A program made the position numbers and the translations under genes. 64,000 nt of DNA from positions 44,332,001 through 44,396,000 of the forward strand of contig NC_086097.1 in assembly GCF_963921235.1 (NCBI RefSeq), in the 5' to 3' direction. The notes under the pieces were generated by a model, which worked only from the letters and a program-made list of their open reading frames with translations, ran no database searches and was not told the DNA's origin. This document shows positions 10,211 to 22,540 of the stretch, one piece after another (the stretch's first letter is position 1; each line of letters begins with the position of its first letter). Source of the stretch: Mobula hypostoma. Lineage: Eukaryota.

Positions 10211-13200
10211 GAATATTTGGCGAACACAGCTATTAAAATATATTAGAAAAGAAGTGGGGGGAAGTTGTTTGTTCTCCAGAAATGGCATAATAGATTAGAT
10301 TTATATTTTATTGTATATTAAAATTGTTCTGAATCAGACATCAAGACATTTCTAAATATTGAATCCAAACTATACTATGAATGTCAGGTTCACATGCCAG
10401 TGTCTGGAGTGGACTCTAATGATCACTTAACTTGATTTATTAAGGATAAAATATAATTAGCAATGGGGCTGCCTACAGCAAAAAAGAAGTTTGTGAATTA
10501 AATCTAAATGACTATCTTGAATGGGTCATATTGCATATTCTAGCTAGGAACTGTGAACAGTGAAAGAGTATTTCTGAGAGTAATCAGTTTATAAAGCAGT
10601 ACTCGTACCAACTAACACATGGTCAGAGCCTGCCCAGTTGCAAGATTTCCTAATGCCAAGATTCCCAAGCGTAATTTACCCTATCAATAATTCAGCTGCC
10701 AATCACAGTTGGATAGAATTAGGCCTGATTTTGTCAGATATGTTGATCAATCATATAAACAGTTCAAGTAAATTGAACAGAATCAAAGTCAGCAACCAAA
10801 TCAGTCTGCAAGTGTTTTGTTCATGCTCTTTAATTTATACCTTGTTCTTATGGCTCTGTGGTGCATGCAGATCCTTGTGTTAGCCAAGTTTGCAGACCCT
10901 AGTCAGTTTAACTTCAAACAACCATAGTCCAGTGCAGACTATTGTATGTCCCCGAACTGAGATATAATTTAAGTTGTTAACAGTCATCAAAGACTTCCAA
11001 GGAGTAGTTAACAGGGACCCACAAAACATTCACTCCTCTAGCCTTACCACATAGTTGAATGAAGTAACCTTTTTAAAGAGGTGATTCACTTTTTTTCACT
11101 AGTATAAAATTGGTCATTTCATCATATTCAACACATTCTGACTTGGAGAATACTTTCACTGATACTTTACCATATTATACAGTATTTGCTTACTATGTCA
11201 TAGAGGGAGATAATTCAGCACATCAGATCCATACTGGCTCCCACTACTCCCAGTTTAATTTGAAGATCAAGCATATTAACAAACGAAGTACAAACTTGGT
11301 GAAGCTACAACACAAGACAAAATACGTTTTAACCTTCACCTGAGTTCAAGCAACTCAAGCAGATAGTTCAGCATCATATTTTCTAACACTTGAGAATGGC
11401 TAATAAATGTTGACCTTCTTGTTTATAAATATTTAAAAACAAATACTGATTTGTTGTAAATGAGCACATATAACATATCAGAAGCATTATGTAGATCTGT
11501 TTGTGTAATCTTACCATTTAGCATCATATTGATGACAAGACCTACCAGCTTCTGTTAGGAAGTTAAAGAAGCCCCTAAATGTTTATGATATTCACTGTTG
11601 CTGCAATCATATAATAGCAGTAACCTCTCTAGAGATTACTTTCATATCTCTGATGTTGAAAGAAGAAATGAGAGTAATTCTCAAGAGAGCACAACCTACT
11701 CAAAACAGTGCATGTTGCATTCAAACAACAATTAGGGGATGTAAGAAATTTCACTACAAGAGAGAAGCGCAAACGCACCTAACTGCTGAAAGAATTTATA
11801 AAAAATAGTTCAGTTCCTTTTGTGTAACTGGTAGATGACTAAAGATTGTTTTCAAGATTGGCAAAAATCTGTGCTAAAATGTGTAGGAAAATCTAATTCA
11901 GGAGATTGACAATTTATCATTACAATTTAACTAAAACATTGCTTTAATTTGCAAATATTTCTGTATTATTACAAACTATAAATATTAGTGATCCAGAATC
12001 CATGGAAATCTTGTGCACTAATGGGAAATTTCCAGAAAACATACTGTACACGCCAGGTGCAGACTTTGTGCCGTGTCTCCCACGTCCCTTAGAAAGGCAC
12101 TGTCACTGCAATCATGTAATATCAGTAATCTCTCACAGATCTTTCATTTATCTTGTACCTTCTGTAGCCTCAGAGCACCACAAAGTGTTTTCTCTGCAGC
12201 AAACCCTTTCTGAAGGGAATCAAGGCACAGCATGATCTGACTGCTGATGTTAACTTGCACCATTTTACTTGGTATTATGCAAAAATTGACCATGCTCAAT
12301 CTCTCTTCCAAATGAGAAACAATCCCTAAACCATGTTGTTAAAGTTTAGAATAAGAGACACGACTGAAATTTGATGTTGAGAATCAGCACCACACTAGTA
12401 TTAGTGGCAAACACCATTTCACCTAAACAAGACACCAATCTCTCAATATAGAATTAAATTCCTCAAGATATTCTTGAACTGGGAACATTCTGTATGGATG
12501 AGAAATCTTCACGAGATTTTAATTGATATTACATGTGAAATGACATTGTTTGTATTGACAATGTTACCATTTGATAATGCAAAAGAATACAAATGCTTAC
12601 TACTGCACAGGCAACTAATAATTATTACAAGAAAATTGTGCATGTAAAGGCAAACTGCTATATGACATGCTAACAGCAGACTCTTTCAAGTGGTAGACAA
12701 TTGTACCTAATTTTCAAAGCTAATCTATTCCTTGACTTGAAAGAAATTTCTAAATTTTTATGATTTAATTTCTTTGAAGGTCATTCTGATTGTAGATTGA
12801 CATCTGATTCAGCAGATAACAGAATTAAAATGCTCTAACATATAGTACTTACCGCTGCAGTAGAGGATTACATCAGCAGATTCAAAAATACAGGAATTGT
12901 GGAAGGATTCAGCAGATCAGGCACCACTTGTGAAAAGATTTCAGCCTAATGAACTTTCATCAGATCTACACCCTAAGTACACATTATATTGGAGCAAATA
13001 AATCTTCAATATCCTCCTTGATCCTGATGCAAATCACGTGTTCCATTACCTCCTAAGCTTCAAAATATAGTTTAGTGTGTAAATATTAACTGAGATTGAA
13101 ATCTACTGTCAATAATACAGTAGAAAACATGATGGTAACGATGATACGTTCTCATTCTTGGATTTAATTTTGTGGGGCAGTTTATTCCTGTGTGCTAATA

Positions 13201-13264
13201 AAAGTCGAACTCTGATATGGAAGAGAAACATGAAACACAATAATAAGATAAATTATTCTTTCAG

Positions 13265-13408
13265 TTCTTCACAAAAACAAAACGAGCAGCTTCAGGAACA
13301 TCGACTGGAGCAGCAGGAGTCCAATTCTGACACAACTTGCTCATACCTGGAGAAAGAATTGCAGTGTGCACAGGAGGAGCTGAAAAAGCTGGCAGGAAAA
13401 TTACGCAG
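13265..13408 (+). CDS. BEGAIN: BEGAIN coding exon (coiled coil), phase 2-2
   Basis: ttctttcag acceptor, gt donor; SSQKQNEQLQEHRLEQQESNSDTTCSYLEKELQCAQEELKKLAGKLR resembles BEGAIN ..DSTRHYLEIELRRAQEELEKVTEKLR. Confidence 0.85.
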
Positions 13409-13473
13409 GTTCATCTTCAGAGATCAAAATTATCTATTTCTGTAAAACTCATTCGATTTGTCATTGTTATATC

Positions 13474-13553
13474 TGTGTGTGTGTGTATATGTGTATACAT
13501 AAATTATATATATATAAAATATGTGTGTAGATACATATAAATATATGTATGTA

Positions 13554-13592
<39 letters not shown>

Positions 13593-13612
13593 TTGTGTGT
13601 GTGTATATATAT
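13474..13612. repeat. (TG)n/(TA)n microsatellite
   Basis: Visible dinucleotide runs. Confidence 0.95.
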
Positions 13613-13832
13613 AAAAAACACACAAATGTGGTAGAATGGATGCGTAAGTTAGCAGTTGACACGAAGATCAGTGGCATTGTGGTTTGCATAGAAGATTGCC
13701 GAAGGATACAGCAGGTTATAGATCAGTGTCAGATATGCATGCTTGTTTTGATTAGTTGAGTCATTGAGTTCAAGAACAAGGAAATATATAAGCTAAGATT
13801 TATAAAACTCTAGTTAGGCCACATTTAGAGTA

Positions 13833-15168
13833 CAGTAAATCCAGTTAATTGGTCCATTGGTTACGTGCAACAGCTGCTTATTTGGGACAACTTTTAAAGA
13901 ACAAAAACTAACTGAGAAAATAGCCAGGATTCCCTTTGTTTATTTGGGACACTACGCCGCTTAGCTGGGACAGGACACTTTTACTGAACGGTGTCTAACC
14001 AGTGTCAGTCACATGAACTTGTGTGGCCGTTAGAACACTACGCTGTGCTTAGAGCAGACAGTTTTTAAATAGTGTCAGTAGCGTGTGTTTGTGTTCAAAG
14101 AGCAGTGATTTTTGTCATTGATAGTTGGTGAGAAATATGCAGTAAGACAATTGAGAACTATGTTGTCGACTGCAGTTTCAAGCATTCAGGCTTGGCGATG
14201 TCAGGAACGGCAAGAGGTGAAAATGAAACAATTTCATTACTTCAACAAGTTAGAAACTATGAAGACTTCGAAGGTATCGACAATCATCTTGAATGTTACA
14301 ATGAAAATGAAGATTTGGAGGATGCAATCGTCCAAAGCATTCTTTGATGGCAGTCCATTATCTGCACTACCTCCTTGTCCTAATTTTGTTCATTTATAGT
14401 CAATCAAAGGGACACAGCAGTATCGACAATGAATAACCTGTGTGGGAGAATTTTTTGAAAGGAAAAGCTGTTGCACCAGGACAGTTCCACTCCTTTAACC
14501 TTGGAAATCCAGGTGCAGTGGTACAAGTAGTCTTCAGAAAGTGGAGTGCTGCTTGGTTGCAGTGGATGACCATCACTTCCGTGCCTTATCATGCCTTTTG
14601 CGCTCCGTGAGGCATTTCAGAACCGCCTCCTTGGCCATTGGATCTCACTGCTGATCTGCCTATTCGCCCGGTCTGCTGCAGACTACATCATCGGGGTATG
14701 AGGCCCACTGGCTACCCTCACCTGGTTTAGCTTGCCTGTCCAAGTGGTTTACCAGGATGTGACTGCTGTTGCAGCAAACAGCCACTTCCAGCCACAGGTG
14801 AGAGCTGACTGTCCAGTGGAGACCAAAGGTGAGTGAGCTGCCCCAGAATGGACATGACAAGCCCCTTCATCAGAGCTGCTACTCTGCCCTGGACACAGCA
14901 ATGCACATGGGATGAATTTCTCCATCGATAACAATTAAAACTATTAGGAACTAATACACAGTTTTATAATACTGTAGTAGCATTGGTAGTGTTCTAATTT
15001 GTCCTGTATTTCATTTAAATACATAATTTGTTACTCAGTTAAATGATAGTTTGGGTTTTTTTAATACATTTTTGACTATTTCCGTGTAACTTTGGTTAAT
15101 TGAGGCAACCACTTAATTGGGTCAAAATATATTGATCCCAATGTGTCCCAATTAACCAGAATCCACTG
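13833..15168 (+). mobile_element. Tigger/pogo-like DNA transposon remnant
   Basis: TA at both ends; imperfect TIRs cagtaaatccagttaattgg / ccaattaaccagaatccactg; transposase C-terminal remnants NYEDFEGIDNHLEC and EDAIVQ. Confidence 0.75.
14470..14900 (-). mobile_element. RTE-clade LINE 5' UTR fragment nested in the Tigger remnant
   Basis: GC-rich insert; minus strand has gaaggggcttg and ctaaaccaggtgagggtagcc motifs recalled from RTE leaders. Confidence 0.5.
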
Positions 15169-15184
15169 TATTGCATTCAATTCT

Positions 15185-16383
15185 TCAGAAGTCTGAAGAA
15201 GATGGCGCCAGTGAACAACGGCGACGTCCTTCAGACAGTTCACGAAACTACTTCTTTTAGTTCTTTCTTCAAATATATTTATACTACTAAGCTAAGTGCA
15301 ATTGGAACCTCTGATTTACATTTTGATGGGGTGTTTTCGGATCAATTGAACAATGTGGCACTCCGCTGTCTCCACGTGTTCCCAGAGGTTTGGAGCGAAG
15401 TGTGCAGCCTGGTGGCCAAGACGGGGCGCAAGCCCATGGTCAACTCAACTTTTCGCCAATCTCACTGATAAAAGCGTCAAGCAAGATTGAAATCAATGAG
15501 GATGAAAATGGAAGGTGAGTGGGTGTTCAGCGCTGTCTGCCTGCATGTGACTGATCTATCTATCTATCTCCCTCCCCGTCCCCCCCCTCACTCCCCCCCC
15601 GACCCCCTCCCCTCCGCAGGAGGATGGTTTTTTTTAAAGCGTGTTTTACCAGACATTCAGCCATTCTTGCCTGGCACCTGGTGTCAGGATTAACCCAGTC
15701 ACGTTATGAACGTTCCTGACTTGATCCTTATATTTTTTTTATGAGGCCGAGTGGCTAGCTCGACACTCAACCCGGCACGGATGGAAAGCGTGCTCGGGTG
15801 TGGCCCGACCTGGATTCGAACTCGGGAACCTTCACTCCGGAGTCCAGCGCTGATCTCACTGCGCCACCAGCTGGCAGGAAGGTGCCTGCATTTGATCAGT
15901 CTCTCTTTCTCTCTCTCTCTCCCCCTCTCACTCGCTGCTGCCAGAGGATGGTGTCAGAGTCTTGGGTCTTGGGCAAAGTTTAATTGACATGGTTGGTGGA
16001 TTGGACTCTGTGGTTCATGTTATGTATTTCTGATTTCTGGTTATTCCTTTTTTTAATTACTATTTTGTGTGATTTTCATCAGGGCAGGCTGGCTCTGTGG
16101 CTTGCAGTCAATGAATGAACAGCTAAATTGAAATGAACCGAACTAAACTGAACATTCCTAGACTGTTTCAAGGACTCAACAGTTTGATGTTTTATATTCT
16201 GTGTGTTTCTCACTCTTTTTTTTCCCTATTTGCGCAATTTGTTCTTTTTTTTGCGTGTTGGGTGTTTGATGTTTTCCTTGGACGGGTTCCATGGTGTTTC
16301 TTTGTTTCGTGGCTGTCTGTGGAAAGAATCTCAGGGTTGTATACTGCATATATACTTCGATACTAAATGTATTTTCAACTTTG
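15185..16383 (+). mobile_element. Non-autonomous retroelement with a Rex1-type 3' tail
   Basis: Begins near aagatggcg; ends tctcagggttgtata..ttcgatactaaatgtattttcaactttg like 430-499; flanked by aattct. Confidence 0.55.
15733..15875 (-). mobile_element. tRNA-derived SINE
   Basis: Minus strand: A box tggcgcagtgag, B box gagttcgaatcc, non-tRNA body and A-tail. Confidence 0.75.
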
Positions 16384-17387
16384 AATTCTGACCACCTCAC
16401 AATGAAAGTATGTGGAAGTTTTGGAGAGGGTGCGGAGACGTTTTACCAGGATGATTTGGAAGATTTGCTATGAGAGGTCCCTGGACAAGCAGGGGCTGTT
16501 TTCTCTGGAGCAGTGGAGGCTAAAGGGAGGTTTCTTTGAGAAATTTGCAAAAATATGTGAGGCATAGATAGAAAGCTAGTATCTATTTTTCCAGGATTGA
16601 AATGCCCCGTATTAGATGGCATGTGCTTAAAGTGTGAGTGGAAAGTACAAAGGAGATTGTGAAGCGAGATTGTTTTAAAAACAGTGCGGTGGGGACCTGG
16701 AACACACGGTCAGGAATGACGGTAGAGGAAGACATCACAGAGACATTTAAGAGACTCTTAGATAGGCACATTAATATTCAGAGAAGGGGAAATAGGGTCA
16801 ATGTGTGGGGAACAGGCATTAGATTTAATAGGAGTCATTGGTTTAATTTGGCACTGTGGCAAAAATGGCTAATCTATTCAAATGAACTTGATGGCCATTA
16901 TGAATTTCAAGTCAGTCATATGCTAATACTATACAGTGCTCTCTCTTCTCAGTTATAGTTGAGTGCAGATATACCCCTTCTCAAACATATTCACACACCA
17001 CACCAACTCCAAATTAGGAATAAAAATTACCTTTCATGGACCACTGACTCCAAAGTGAAATACAATACGAACATTTCCAATGGCTGGACTACCTCAGTGT
17101 GATTTCCCCCCCAGCTCTCCATCTCTTGTTCAGTAGTGAGGAAAATGTTCATTTGGCAGGTTTTCCATTTCAGACTTGGATCTGATGTGGTATTCAGACT
17201 ACTGTAACACAGTAACTGATACAAAGCAACATCATTTCCACTATATTTAAAGTAGGAGTCTAAATCTATCCTCATTTGACGCATGACCCTGGGAAAGATC
17301 ATTATATTTTAAAGTATTCAAAAGAGAAAGAATAATGTTAAACATTCCATGAAAATTGTTCAATGGTCTAATGTTTGTTTATTTTAG

Positions 17388-17454
17388 GACACAAAACAAT
17401 CAGACAGCACTGCAAAAAGTTAACCAGGACCTTGAGAATAAACTGCACAGGATG
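17388..17454 (+). CDS. BEGAIN: BEGAIN coding exon, phase 2-0
   Basis: ttttag/gtaagt; RTQNNQTALQKVNQDLENKLHRM resembles RIQSNYMALQRINQELEDKLYRM. Confidence 0.9.
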
Positions 17455-18601
17455 GTAAGTGAAAACACAGCTAGTTATAATAACATTAAATTTTGGGACA
17501 TTTGTTAAAAATTGGGTACAATTATCTCTATCTAGGCAAAGGATAAGACTAGTGAAAAACTCTTGGGGCAAGAATTCTAACAATTTCCTCTGTGTGCCTC
17601 GATCTTCACTGTTGTCACCTATGCCCCCTATCATCAAGCTAACTTTGGATCCAAATTTGCTTAATTGCCTTGAGAAAGGGTTCAATGAAGAACCAGAGAA
17701 TCTGATTAACTATATTGAAGAATGGCATTGGAAAGCTATGCAATGTTATTGTTATTACTGCATTGAAGTTGATTAGTTCTTGATTAGTAAGGGTGTCAAA
17801 AGTTACAGGAAGAAGGTAGGAGAATTGGATTGAGAAGAATAATAATTTACCCATGATGGAATGACCTAATTCTGCTCTTATGTCTATGGTTTAACATTAT
17901 AATAAAATTAAAATAAATTATATTTTTTCCTTCAAGTGGAGGCAAGCATCAGATGTCTCATAAATGCAAGATGGTAAAATATAAGTTGGGGGAAAGCTTG
18001 CCACAGGTTTAAATTCCATCTTGTTCAACCCCCTAAGAACATTCATCAATTTAGAGTATTATTAGTTAACAAAGAACAGTTATAGGGTTTTGTTAACTTT
18101 ATTTACAGACTGTTTATAGGGAAGACCCAAGGAAAGAAAAAGGCAAGAATTAAAAGCTGCCTTTGGTGCAGGAGTACATTCTTCTCTGATGGCTAAGGGC
18201 AAATTAATACTTTTGTTTTCAAGAGGAAAGAAGCTTCTTAACGTTTTCTCAAAACAATGGATAAGCTGAAATATTATTTTACTGTCACAATACAGAAAGC
18301 AAAATATTATTTCTTGCTTGCTTTATTTAAACTGGTACATATGTCAACTGAATGTAATTCAATTTGCGGCACTGTTATATTAAATTCAATTTTTTATATA
18401 ATAAATGGAACCTATTCTGGATAATACTTAGATAAATTGATTTGAAAGTTAATGTCTTGACAAGTCTTGAGATTCCATCATAATGAAAGCAATGAATAAT
18501 ACACAAGATATCATTTAATTTGGTACAAAAATTCTGAGTACAAAATGGCAAACTAATTTCCTTTTATGCAGCAATTGATTCTGTCCATTTTATATACACA
18601 G

Positions 18602-18709
18602 GTACAACTGCATGAAAAGGAAAAGAGGAACCTCAAACATGAAGTAAAGATTTTAAGCAGCCACCTAATGGAAGCCAAGATGACCATAGAACAACTAACA
18701 AGGAAGAAT
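18602..18709 (+). CDS. BEGAIN: BEGAIN coding exon, phase 0-0
   Basis: cacag/gtaagt; VQLHEKEKRNLKHEVKILSSHLMEAKMTIEQLTRKN resembles GQHYEEEKRALSHEIVALNSHLLEAKVTIDKLSEDN. Confidence 0.9.
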
Positions 18710-19219
18710 GTAAGTTCAGATGAACAAACACTTCATTAAGATTTCACTCTCACTAAAGCGATGCAACATTGATTTTAATTATCATCTGGAATGCATATTT
18801 TATCCAAGAATATCACGTCTTGCGGCCTCAATGTTTACTTCTTTCTATCAGTGCTCCATATCAAACACTTTCAGGTCAATTCTCACCCTTTAATTTAAAC
18901 ATTGTTTAGAACTTTATTGATTTTAGAATCACAGCATAACTGAGCACCAACTATTTAGTCAATCCTTTGAATTGCAACGCATAGAAGGTTACAAGTCTGG
19001 TGCTGGTAAATGAGATTAGTATAGATGGGTTGGCATGGGCAGAGTGGGCTGAAGGGCCTGTTTCTGGGCATTATAACTCTGTCCTTAATTTCATAAGAAC
19101 CCCATGCCTCTTGTCCACTGTTACCTCCCCACCAATCACTCCCCCTCTAACAGCATGTTTCTTTGCAGATGTAACTTCTACCTGTTTACACCTTCCCTTC
19201 ACCATTCAGGGAACAAATT

Positions 19220-21187
19220 TTTTTTTTTTAATTTCAAAATATACTTTATTCAAAAATAAATATATACAATAAACCATTCAATAACTTTTCATCCTTTACA
19301 TACGTTTCCATTATACACAGTACATATCCGTATTTATAGCCACCCACGTGGCACTCCAGTAGTTCAGCTTACCATATCATTTCATTGTTGAGGGGTATAC
19401 TCCCCGCCCTCCGACCCCTCCCACTCCCACGGGTGGAGAAACCTATACTGTGGTCCTTCCCCACCGGGCCCTTGCGGTGGCTGCACCAAGTTTCAGTGCG
19501 TCCCTCAGCACGTACTCCTGCAGTCGAGAATGTGCCAGTCGGCAGCATTCTCCCACGGACATCTCCATGTGCTGGTGGATCATCAAGTTTCGGGCCGACC
19601 AAAGAGCGTCTTTCACCGAGTTGATGATCTGCCAGCAGCACCGGACGTTGGTCTCCGTGTGTGTCCCCGGGAACAGCCCGTAGATCAGAGAGTCCTCTGT
19701 TACGCAGCTGCTGGGAATAAACCGTGACACTAGCCCGTCCATCCTCCTCCACACCCTCTTTGCGAACTGGCAGTGTGCAAAGAGGTGGGTCACAGACTCC
19801 TCCTCACTGCAGTCCTCCCGTGGGCAGTGGGGTGCGGAGACGACGTTCCGGGCGTACAGGAGGGCTCTGACTGGGAGGGCCCCTCTCACCGCCAACCAGG
19901 CGAGGTCTTGGTGCCTGTTGGTTAGATCTGGTGATGAGGCATTTTGCCAGATGAACTGGACAGTCCGCTCAGGGAACCACCCCACTGTGTCCATCACGTC
20001 CTCCTCCTGCAGAGCCTGCAGGACACTACGTGCCGACCACTGCCTGATGGCCCTGTGGTCAAAGGCGTTCTCCTGGAAGAACTTTGCTATGTAGGACAGG
20101 TATGCCGGCAACGACCAGCTGACTGGGGCGTTGCGCGGGAGTGGGGCCAGACCCATCCTTCGTAGCCAGGGCGACAAGTAGAACCTGGGCACATAGTGGT
20201 ACTTGGTGCCCACATACCTGGGCTCTACACACAACCTGATGCAGCCACATATGAAGCTGGCCATCAGGGTGAGGGCGACATTGGGGACGTTCTTGCCCCT
20301 GTTGTCCAGGGACTTGTGCATGGCAGTCCGTCTCACCCGCTCCATCTTGGATCCCCAGACAAATCTGAAGACAGCCCGGGTGATTTCCGAGCTGTAGGAG
20401 CGGGGGACGGGCCAGACCTGCGCCAAGTACAGCAGCCCTGAGAGCACCTCACACCTGATGACCAGGTTCTTGCCCGTTATCGACAGGGAGCGCCCTCCCC
20501 ACAGTCCCAGTTTCTGTTTCACCCTGGCAGTCCGCTCCTGCCAGTTCTTGTTGCACGCCTCCGCCCCTCCGAACCAGATCCCCAACACCTTCACATGGTC
20601 AGACCTGATGGTGAAGGGGACGCTGGATCGGTCGGGCCAGTTGCCGAAGAGCATGGCTTCGCTCTTCGTGCGGTTGACCCTGGCCCCCGACGCTAGCTCG
20701 AACTGTTCGCAGGTGCCAATCAACCTGCGAACTGACCTCGGATCAGAGCAGAAGACGGTGACATCGTCCATGTACAGGGAGGTTTTCACTTGAGTCCCTC
20801 CACTGCCTGGCAGCGTCACCCCTCTTATGCCCTCATCCCTCCTGATGGCTTCCGCAAAGGGTTCTATGCAGCAGACAAACAAGACAGGGGAGAGGGGACA
20901 GCCCTGCCTGACTCCAGACCTGATGGGGAAGCTGTCTGTTTCCCACCCGTTAACCTGGATTGCACTACAGATGTCTGTGTAGAGCAGTCTGATCCAATTC
21001 CGGATTCCCTCCCCAAATCCCATTTTGGAGAGCACGTCCGCCATGTATGTGTGCGATATCCTGTCGAAGGCTTTCTCCTGGTCCAAGCTGACCAGGCAGG
21101 CGTCCACCCTCCTGTCCTGCACGTAGGCGATGGTGTCCCTCAGCAGCGCGAGGCTGTCTGAGATCTTCCTGCCTGGTACAGCACAGG
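19220..21187 (-). mobile_element. Tx1/L1-clade LINE, 5'-truncated, ORF2 (RT + C-terminal zinc finger) uninterrupted
   Basis: SLDQEKAFD, GVRQGCPLSP, YMDD, CPREDC..HLFAHC; AATAAA and poly(A) at the 3' end; TSD acaaatt at 19213-19219 and 21188-21194. Confidence 0.9.
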
Positions 21188-22172
21188 ACAAATTAAGTCT
21201 TCCTAAAAATTGTATTTGCAGCCTACAATATGATTGTGAAGTCAAAGTTGAGTGCATTGTCATATGCACTAGCACACATATGCATTGTATGATATCACAA
21301 TCTCATCATGTCACATGTATGAAAAACCGGTTGGATCAAGCTTCATAGGCACATATCAGCAGATATACAACATTCACAATAAATTAACTCTGGAAAGATA
21401 AATTGCATATAAACAAAATGTTAATTAACTCATCTGCACTTGAGAAATCCAATACAGATTGGGTGACCACTTTGCAGTCTGTAAGGGCAATACTGAGCTT
21501 CCAGGCTGTCTGTCACCCCTCAAGTTCCACCCCCTTCCTTTTCATCACAAATGGAGTCTGTACCTTTCTGCTTCAACATGTTTTGATATAATTTTGGTTT
21601 GATTGCTTAACTTTAAAGTAATTACAGTATGAGCATCTTTGGTGTCCACCCACCTTGGATATTGCCGGAGTACTCTTCCTTCCTGCCCTCTCTGCAACAA
21701 CTGGTCTTGTCACTGAAGGGTTGCTTTTGTCTTTCACTGCACTGATGCTGCCTAAGCCAGCATCCCCTGATTTTGCTGAGGCAGAGAAGAAGATTCTATG
21801 GTCCCCAACTCCCTCCAGGTCTGTAAGCTGTACTTTATTACAGAAGATGAGGCAACCTCTCAATTATTTTGGAAAGATGGCATGGAACTATGGTCTCTGT
21901 TGAGGTTGTGGCTGACTTTCTTTTTTAAACCTATAGGGATGGTTTTGGGGACAAAAAGGGGAGCTAGAGGTCAGATTAGAGTTTAGGGAATAGGGATATG
22001 GATAGGTAGAACTCAGGCCTCCGCTCCGCATTCAAAGTCCAGTGACATGGGCGAGTGACAGAATATCCGAAGTCCAGACCTCCAGTCCATGCTCGAAAGC
22101 CATGCAAGCAGGAGACATGAGGGCTGGCCAGTCGGCACAGTAGGAGTTCAAGCCTCGAGTTCGTCTGGAGCT

Positions 22173-22540
22173 AAAGATCCTATCATCATGGATGGTATAA
22201 GGAACCCAACAGGCTTTGTAAAACTTGGGTGTGGCGTTTTCATTTAACACTATTTTACCCTTAATAAGTTTGAGTTTTCCAATGCCATCCTCAAGTCCAC
22301 TGTTATGTTCCGTAACTCCCAAATATTAAACTAAATGAAAGGAAAACAAGGGAACCGGGAGATAACTGCATATGTTGAGCCTTACTGTAGGCAAGGTGTG
22401 CACGTAACATGTGCTAGCATCATACAATTCACGTATCTTTACATATAACTTGAAATGAACTATTTAAATGAACTAGAATGCTTAATCAAACAATATATTT
22501 ATATTACTCTAATATTACTTAAATATTAAATACACAGCCT
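22173..22540 (-). mobile_element. Gypsy remnant: short LTR (22301-22540) plus pol fragment
   Basis: IKGKIVLNENATPKFYKA..VPY matches 58431 ORF; LTR is the reverse complement of 59652-59899. Confidence 0.65.

Larger units (their letters stand above)
13625..16860 (+). mobile_element. CR1 LINE 3' fragment split by nested insertions
   Basis: YKTLVRPHLEY|CIQF|..VLERVRRRFTRM continues across insertions at 13833-15168 and 15185-16383. Confidence 0.7.

Noticed and set aside
14860..14880. CUGAUGA on the minus strand as another hammerhead
   Set aside because: No stem II followed by GAAA, and no stem I partner
15800..15875. tRNA gene
   Set aside because: A and B boxes are present but there is no clean acceptor stem, and it continues into a SINE body with an A-tail
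18809..18874. Possible replacement for the missing BEGAIN exon (AG..GT, 66 nt; LAA..QCS in one frame)
   Set aside because: Weak donor (gtcaat); the LAA..QCS resemblance is not in the phase-0 frame required and could be chance
19443..21275. 610-aa ORF as a complete gene
   Set aside because: The first ~29 aa come from flanking DNA beyond the TSD; the rest is a 5'-truncated LINE ORF2 without endonuclease
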